Below, one piece after another: positions 56,864 through 64,000 of a DNA stretch of 64,000 bases; position 1 is the first letter of the stretch, and the number at the start of each line of letters is the position of its first letter. The stretch is from NCBI GenBank assembly GCA_025786725.1, contig JAHLTZ010000005.1, positions 310,001-374,000 of the forward strand. Direction: 5' to 3'. Source of the stretch: Syncephalis fuscata S228 (Eukaryota > Fungi > Zoopagomycota). The notes beneath the pieces are model-generated. The model was not told the origin of the DNA. It did no database searches and worked only from the letters and a program-made list of their open reading frames with translations. A program made the translations under genes and the position numbers.

Positions 56864-59176
56864 TTACTCATCAGTGACTGTAACTATTCTTGGTACTGGT
56901 TGTATTTGTTCAAATCGACTAAGTAGCGTGTTATTATACTATTTAGTAGATATTAATCAGCACAATACCTACCTATAACATTTACCGCACACTTTTCGAG
57001 TAATATCAAGTGATTTGGAGTGTCGCCCAATTCTATCAAATAATAGTTAGACTAATTAGTTACGGATATCATACTTGTAATTAATTAAAACTACAAACAT
57101 TATAGCGCAGCTTGTATTGGTGCATCGCCATTGATACTTGTAGTAAATGTCAAAGTTATGTGTCCGCGATGTCTTTAGTGTTGGATAGATCTTGTTAATA
57201 CGTTGACACCTATTTAATATTATAGAATAGCCATTAATACATGTTTGCCTTTATTTATAGTTACATTAAGTAATTTATATATTTTACTTACCATATACGA
57301 AATATTGGTCCATGATGTGCTTTACAAGTGTGATTAATAACAAAGGTGGCCGCGTGTGTCATCTCATGCACAAGTACTTCAGCAAGTCGTTCTATCATAA
57401 TGTACAACTAAGCAATAGGTTGCTATACCTACGCATAACCATGCCTTACCTGCACTATCAATTACTTTCTCAACTAAGCGAATATATGGTTTTGCCCGAA
57501 CACTGCCATCTTCTTGGGTTTGTCTATTGATAGTATCGTATTAGTTAAGTAATTATTTATAGCGTGTTACCGACGTTTCAAAATGACACCAACCACCGGT
57601 GCGTCGTCCTTTGTTATCCCAGTCAATTACCATGTCGTGCGGTAGTAATTGGTCAAAAATAGTTTGATTAAATATTCGATAAAACTCGCTAACCAAATTG
57701 TCGCGTCGACGTCGAAATTGTAGTCGCGTTAAATTTTGATAAGCCATTAACCAGGATAGATCGTGTTCTTGTGGACGTGATACACTACAAAGTACCCAGG
57801 TAGATGTGATTCGTTTTGGTAATGACTGGCAATAAGTTAAACAGCATCGATTAACGCGGCCATTTTTGGATGTTGTTTCTGTAATTTTTAATGAAATACT
57901 GAAATTTAATTCAATAAATTGATTGTAAGTAAAATGGTTTAAATTCAATTAGTGTCCGCGTTACCTTTCTTCTATTTCATCTTCAGATAGTACAATAGTG
58001 TTATTAAGCTGCTCAGTTACTGATAGTTTAACAGTTAATATCGATCATATAAGTAGATTACTTATGGCACTTACGTAAATCGACTTCTTCTATTTGCTTG
58101 GTTGCTAAAGATGGTGTTATGTTATTTGGCACTATTTCTAATTCCTTACTTGGCGTGGAGCTTGGCGTAAAAAAAGGTGTGGAGCTGGTGGATTCGCAAC
58201 CAGTCGGCACTTTTCCATTATTTTTCACTATTGGACTGTGCAAATGATATTGATCTAATAATTGCGATGGACTTGTTATTGGTGTTTGCCAAATATGCTG
58301 CGGCAGTATATCGTCAGTTATAGTATCTAACTCCGCAGCAAATGAATTGCCACTTTCATTATGGTGATGATGCTCTTGCAAATCCTCTTCATCTTCATCT
58401 TCATCGCTGTCATAGACAATATTTCGACGTCGATGTACAAGTTTTTGGTTATCGATAGGACGTCGTCGAAATACAATACTTGTATCAGATATATAGGTAG
58501 ATTCAAAATTTCCTATACTCAAATTGCTTGTATTATTAGCGATACCTGGCGAACAAATAGCTGGAATATTTGTAACATTGTTGCCAGCCTCTTTCTCAGC
58601 CTCTTCATCACTAGAAGTTATCTGAAGATTTCGTCTGTTTGCACGACCGCCACGTCGCCGTAATATCTGTATTGATTCTTCGTCGTCGCTCTGTTCTAAC
58701 TCCTGCGATGCCAGTATCATAATTTCATTATTACTTGTACATTTACGAATTTGCTTGATTGGAACTGAACAATCAATTGATTGTTGTCTTTCATCCTAAC
58801 AATAATAAAATTATTTTATATTCAATATTTAAATCAATTGCTTACTTGCTCATCATTAATACACAGTGAACGATTTATTAAATTGCAAATGCCACGATCC
58901 TCATTATCTTCACTTTCACTTAATAAAGCAGTTTGATCCACTACTACATTTGATTCGACGTTGGCTAAGGATGGCGCATCTAACAAGTTGGTTTGGCTGC
59001 TTTGCTGTATTAGATAGGCTGGTTGGTTTGTTATTTTGATGCTCAACTTACTTTACTATATCTTCTATTGTCTGCTTAGTCGAATTTTCAGAAATATTGC
59101 ATTGTTGCAAGGGAGGGTCAGAGGTATCTGCGCTATTTAAAGCTATTTCATGTTGGCTATCCTTGTCTTCTGACAT
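56864..59176 (-). CDS. SprT-like metalloprotease-domain protein with long acidic disordered N-terminus (GCNA/ACRC-like), multi-exon
   Basis: FNQTIFDQLLP.DMVIDWDNKGRRTGG, ISLS.KVID, LAEVLVHEMTHAA (HExxH), HHGPIF, TFD.YYKYQWRCTN..C and GRHSKSLD...VCGKC; N-terminal SSDEE/DSDEDE tracts. Confidence 0.8.
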
Positions 59177-59464
59177 ACAAACGCGACGCGTTTTGCTCGC
59201 TACTATTTATGGCTTAGATTGAGGAATACGTGTTTATATTGTCATTACCTTCTTGCTGAGTCAAGGCTGTAGGCTTTTGAGATTGGCACAAAATGCCCAA
59301 GAGCTGCTTAGTGTCAGGAAGCTCATCTTCTGAACTTGAGCTTAGCACTATAGAAATGTCATTCATTGGTCTGGTAGTAAAATAAAATGAAATGAAATTT
59401 TTGTTTACTTATATTTTTTATTAATAACTCAGTAAATTGTATTGACAAATAAAAATACAAAAAA

Positions 59465-60452
59465 TTACTCAAATATATAAGTTGTAGTTATTCCAGTCAC
59501 ACCGAATCTATTACGAGTAGTTGTTTGATCCTCGATCGATACTTTGGATGTTGTTGTTGGTTTAGTACGTGGTTTTGTTGCCGTATATGATTCAGGTAAC
59601 ATGTGTAGATTGTATATGTTGTTTACAAGTAATGTAGCCGCTATCGCCCTATACTTTTCAATTTAGTACTTTACACGTATGAAAAATTTTAATTTTTACT
59701 TACCAATCAACGATATACAGTAAATCACCATTTTCTTTAATTACCTCGGTTGCATTGATGATAAAACATAACATATTCGATGCAACTACTAATAGCATTG
59801 TAATCACACCGTCTTTTGCCAGTTTTTTCCAACATGCTTCTTGGTATCGTTTATAATGACGATAAATCACCATAAGGAATATTGCAGAAAATATAATATT
59901 GGATGGAAGGTCAAGGGCTATTCGGGCGTATGGAAGATATGATTTGTATTGAATATAGCATCCGTGGATTTCACTATATCGGGAAGTTGATGAATATTGT
60001 ACAATGGTAATGTATATGGGGCCAGGGACAATGATCAGTATAATGCCAATTATTAAAAACCATCTTGGACGGCCACATGCAAGGTAGGCACGTTCAAATA
60101 GTACAACATTTGTGAGTGCTAATGAAAATGTTGCCCCAACTATTATGGCCCAAATTAATATGTGGCAGGATAAGGAACCTAGTGCAAGAGATGGAAAGCC
60201 AATAAGCACAAACAGCATTATACCAGTCAGATTTATAGTTAAGCAGCACCATGGAGCGAGTTTACGCGGATAAGCAGATACTACAAATCCAGCGCGATAA
60301 GCATTTCTTAGGAAAATGGACAGCACTATTATACCAAATAATATTTGGAAATTGATTGCTAGATAGCGTCGCCTTAACGAATCTATTTCATCGCGTGCTT
60401 TCCATACAAAATCTATGCTGTTCAAATTTCCTGACAAATCACCTTCTATCAT
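59465..60452 (-). CDS. 7TM GPCR-like membrane protein, tandem copy 1 (2 exons)
   Basis: 250-aa hydrophobic exon, then an intron after DW, then AIAATLLVNNIYNLHML...TTTYIFE*. About seven hydrophobic segments, Cys at the start of TM3, LFERAY at the end of TM3 and HGCY in the second outer loop. Confidence 0.85.
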
Positions 60453-61063
60453 GTTATTAATATATGTATAAATTATCTTTGACTGGAAATTATGTATAAT
60501 ATGAGTGTAGACTACAAAAAGAAAGGCCTTGCAGGGCTATTGAAAGTGGGTGCAAGGATAGATTGATGGAAGCAACATGACGCGTGATTGGTATGTAAAC
60601 GGGTTAGGTGCATGCATATCATACAAGATAAATCAGAATGCTGCAAGCTTAGTGGTTAAATCTGACTTAAATACATGTACTAAACGTCTAGTAAAAATCG
60701 AGGCTTTGCATAAGCCGTCGTATTAAATTACAGCATAAACTGAATGCACTTAATATAGTCAAACAGTACAGTTTAAAGTAGATTTTTATTATAAAGATAA
60801 CCAACTAAAAGATTTATGTTTAGTTATGTCCGAATATTATTTTATATCTTGTAACTATTTAAAGCCTATGCTCTATGTATTGTGTAACCTCTGAGTATCA
60901 TTAAGTGCTGGATTTATGGTCTATTCATAACAATACAATTATAGTATTCATATTACATATTATATTTACAAGTGTTAATGAGGCCATGTCAGTATCATTT
61001 ATATAATATTGAAAACCTTTGCCATAGAATCAATGTATTTAATCAGCGTTTGTTGTTATCAAA

Positions 61064-62050
61064 TCACTCAAACATATAAGTTGTAGTCATGCCTGTCACT
61101 CCAAATTTATTGCGAGTAGTTGTTTGGTTCTCGATCGATACACTGGATGTTGCTGTGGGTTTAGTACGTGATTTTGTAGCCGTGTATGATTCAGGTAACA
61201 TGTGTAGATTGTATGTATTATTTACAAGTAATGTGGCCGTTAATAACCTATACTCTTCGAGTTAATACTTAACACGTATAAAGTGTTTAAAGTTTACTTA
61301 CCAATCAGCAACATACGTTAGATCACTGGTTTCCTTAAATACATTGGTTGCATTGATAATAAAAGATGCTATATTTGATGCAATTATCAATAGCATTGTA
61401 AGCACGCCGTCTTTTGCCAGCTTTTTCCAACATGCTTCTTGGTATCGTTTATACTGACGATAAACCACCATACTAAATATTGCAGAAAATATAATATTAG
61501 GCGGAAGGTCGAGGGATAGCCGAACATATGGAAAATATGATTGATATTTAAAATAACATCCATGTGTTTCATTGTATCTGGGAGTTGATGAGTACCATAC
61601 ATTAATTACGTATGCGGGACCGGAACCACCAACCATTATAGCGCCTAATATTAAAAACCACATTGGACGATTATATGCAAGATAGGCACGTTCAAATAAT
61701 ATAACATTTGTAACTGATGATGAAATTGTCACTCCGGCTATTATAGCCCAACCTAACGTGTTGCAAGATGCGATACCCAGTGCAATAGATGGAAGGGTAA
61801 TAAATACCGACAGTAATACGCCAACTAAATTTATAACTAAACAGCACCATGGTGCGATTTTATGAGGATAATTAGCTACTATATATATAGCTCGATAAGT
61901 ATTTCTTAGAAAAATGACTGCTGCTATTATTGCAAATAATATCTGGTAATTAATTGCCAAATAGCGCCGCCGTAACGAAGCCGTTTCATTGCGTGCCATC
62001 CATACGAAGTCTGTGCTTCCCAAGCCTCCTGACAGGCTATCTTGTGTCAT
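61064..62050 (-). CDS. 7TM GPCR-like membrane protein, tandem copy 2 (2 exons)
   Basis: Colinear paralog of copy 1 with the same intron position; ends TTTYMFE*. Confidence 0.85.
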
Positions 62051-62718
62051 GTTATTAATATATGAAAGCTAACTTTGAATAAGCAATTATGTATAGTATA
62101 AATACAAACTAATAGAGGAAAAGCATTACAAGGCCATGGAAAGTGGCTACAAAGGATGGGCTGATGGGGGATGACATGATGCATAATTGGCATGCAAACA
62201 GGTTTTAAATGAATTTACATTCTTTATATTAAGTAAAAGCGCCCGCAGACCAATGTTTAGTCTTTGGTTTAAAATATATGTGTTAGGCTTATAGTAAAAG
62301 TAATCACAGGTTTAATTAAATGTAAGTTAGATATTGGTTGCTATTTGTCGCTAACCGAACTAGTTATAAATTTGTTTTACTCACTAATCTATATGCACAA
62401 TAACCTCATATTGCTACTTATGTTTTCCCATTCTATATTAGCTTTAATGTATAATATTATCTTCTTGCAGAGTTGAAGCCACAGAAGTTCAAGATTGGCA
62501 CAAAATATTTAAGAGTTACTCGGTGTTTGGAAGCTCGTATTTTGAGCCTGCGCTTAGTATTATAAAAATATTGTTCGTTGGTTTGACAATAAAATAAAAT
62601 GCTTATAACGTTTTTGCTTATTTGCTTTTATATAAACAATTAATGTATTTCATTAAATAGCTATTCGTACATTTATTAATAGTTCGATAATTAAATTGAC
62701 AAATAAAGATGTAACAAA

Positions 62719-63704
62719 CTATTCATAAATATAAGTTGTAGTTATTCCAGTCACACCAAATCTATTACGAGTGGTTGTTTGATCCTCGATCGATACCTTG
62801 GATGTTGTTGTTGGTTTATTACGCAGTTTTGTAGTCCCATATGATTGCGGCATCATATGTAAATTGTATATGTTGTTTACAAGTAATGTAGCTGTTATTA
62901 TCCTATATTCCTCGCTTTAGTATTTTACACATAAAGTGTTTCAATTTTTACTTACCAATCAGCAACATACAGTAGGTCACTTGCTTCTTCGAGCATTCTG
63001 GTTGCACCTACAATAAAGCATATTATATTCGATGCAACCACTAATAGCATTGTAAGCGCGCCGTCTTTTGCCAGCTTTTTCCAGCAGTCCTCTTGGTATC
63101 GCTTATAATGACGATAGATCACCATACTAAATATTACAGAAAATATAACATTAAATGGGAGGTCGAGGGATAATCGAACATATGGAAGATATGCTGGATA
63201 CTTAAGATAACATCCATGCATTTCATTGTATCTAGGAGTTGATGAGTACCATACAGTAATTACGTATGCAGGGCCGGAACCACCAATCATTATAATGCCT
63301 AATATTAAAAACCACATTGGGCGATTACATGCAAGATAGGCACGTTCGAATAATACAGCATTTGTAATTGCTGATGAAATTGTCACTCCGGCTATTACAG
63401 CCCAGGCTAACGTGTTGCAAGATGCGATACCCAGTGCAATAGATGGAATACTAATAAATACCGACAGTAGTACGCCAACTAAATTCATAGCTAAGCAGCA
63501 CCATGGAGCGAGTTTACGAGAATAAGCAAATACTACATATCCAGCGCGATAAGTATTTCGTAGTAAAATAAACACCATTATTACACCAAATAATATTTGA
63601 TAATTGATTGCTAGATAGCGTCGCCTTAACGAATCTATTTCATCGCGTGCTTCCCATACAAAGTCTATGCTTCCCAAATCTCCTGACAAATCATTTTTTA
63701 TCAT
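62719..63704 (-). CDS. 7TM GPCR-like membrane protein, tandem copy 3 (2 exons)
   Basis: Colinear paralog with the same intron; starts MIKNDLSG and ends TTTYIYE*. Confidence 0.85.
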
Positions 63705-64000
63705 GTTATTGATATAGAAACTAACTTTGAATAAAACAGTAATAAACAATATGGATATAGATTAATAGAAGGAAAACGTTACAAGGTTACCGAAAACTGC
63801 CATAAAGGACAAGCTATCAAAAATCTACATGTCGCGTGATTGATATGTAAACAGGTTTAGGCGCATGCATATTATACAGGACAAACAGAATGTTGAAGCC
63901 TAGTGCATAAAATTTGACGTACGATATACATGCAATTTTATGACAAAAGCATAATTATCAATCTGGCTATATTTAATAGCATCCATGCACCTGGAATAGA

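Overview
Eukaryotic nuclear DNA, gene-dense, with short AT-rich GT-AG introns (about 50-90 nt, CTAAY branch points). The gene content suggests an early-diverging fungus, possibly a Zoopagomycota/Syncephalis-like mycoparasite; this is inference only. Housekeeping genes: P5B ATPase, MIA40, HAM1-like protein, bHLH factor, CDS1, two aquaglyceroporins, glycerol kinase, EngB GTPase, GPI13, CGI121, OST1, UPF2 and an SprT/GCNA-like protein. Between them lie lineage-specific secreted or membrane genes: a Cys-rich pair, a secreted pseudokinase, a stand-alone M28 propeptide and three tandem 7TM genes. Many genes carry single-base frameshifts that look like assembly errors. The standout is 47764-49934. 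A signal-peptide/pro-peptide exon ending in RR is followed by 26 tandem ~81-bp units, each a complete spliceosomal intron plus a hypervariable 3-nt micro-exon (TAATAG-NNN-GTAAG). Splicing the usable units gives an open 4-Cys peptide, (G)ESLTCEEEWKDIKFSACVFKCRQTECE*, which ends exactly at a TAA in a terminal exon. This is a candidate one-codon-per-exon secreted peptide gene that could be diversified combinatorially by exon skipping. Coordinates were counted by hand and may be off by a few bases; exon models are unverified without RNA data.
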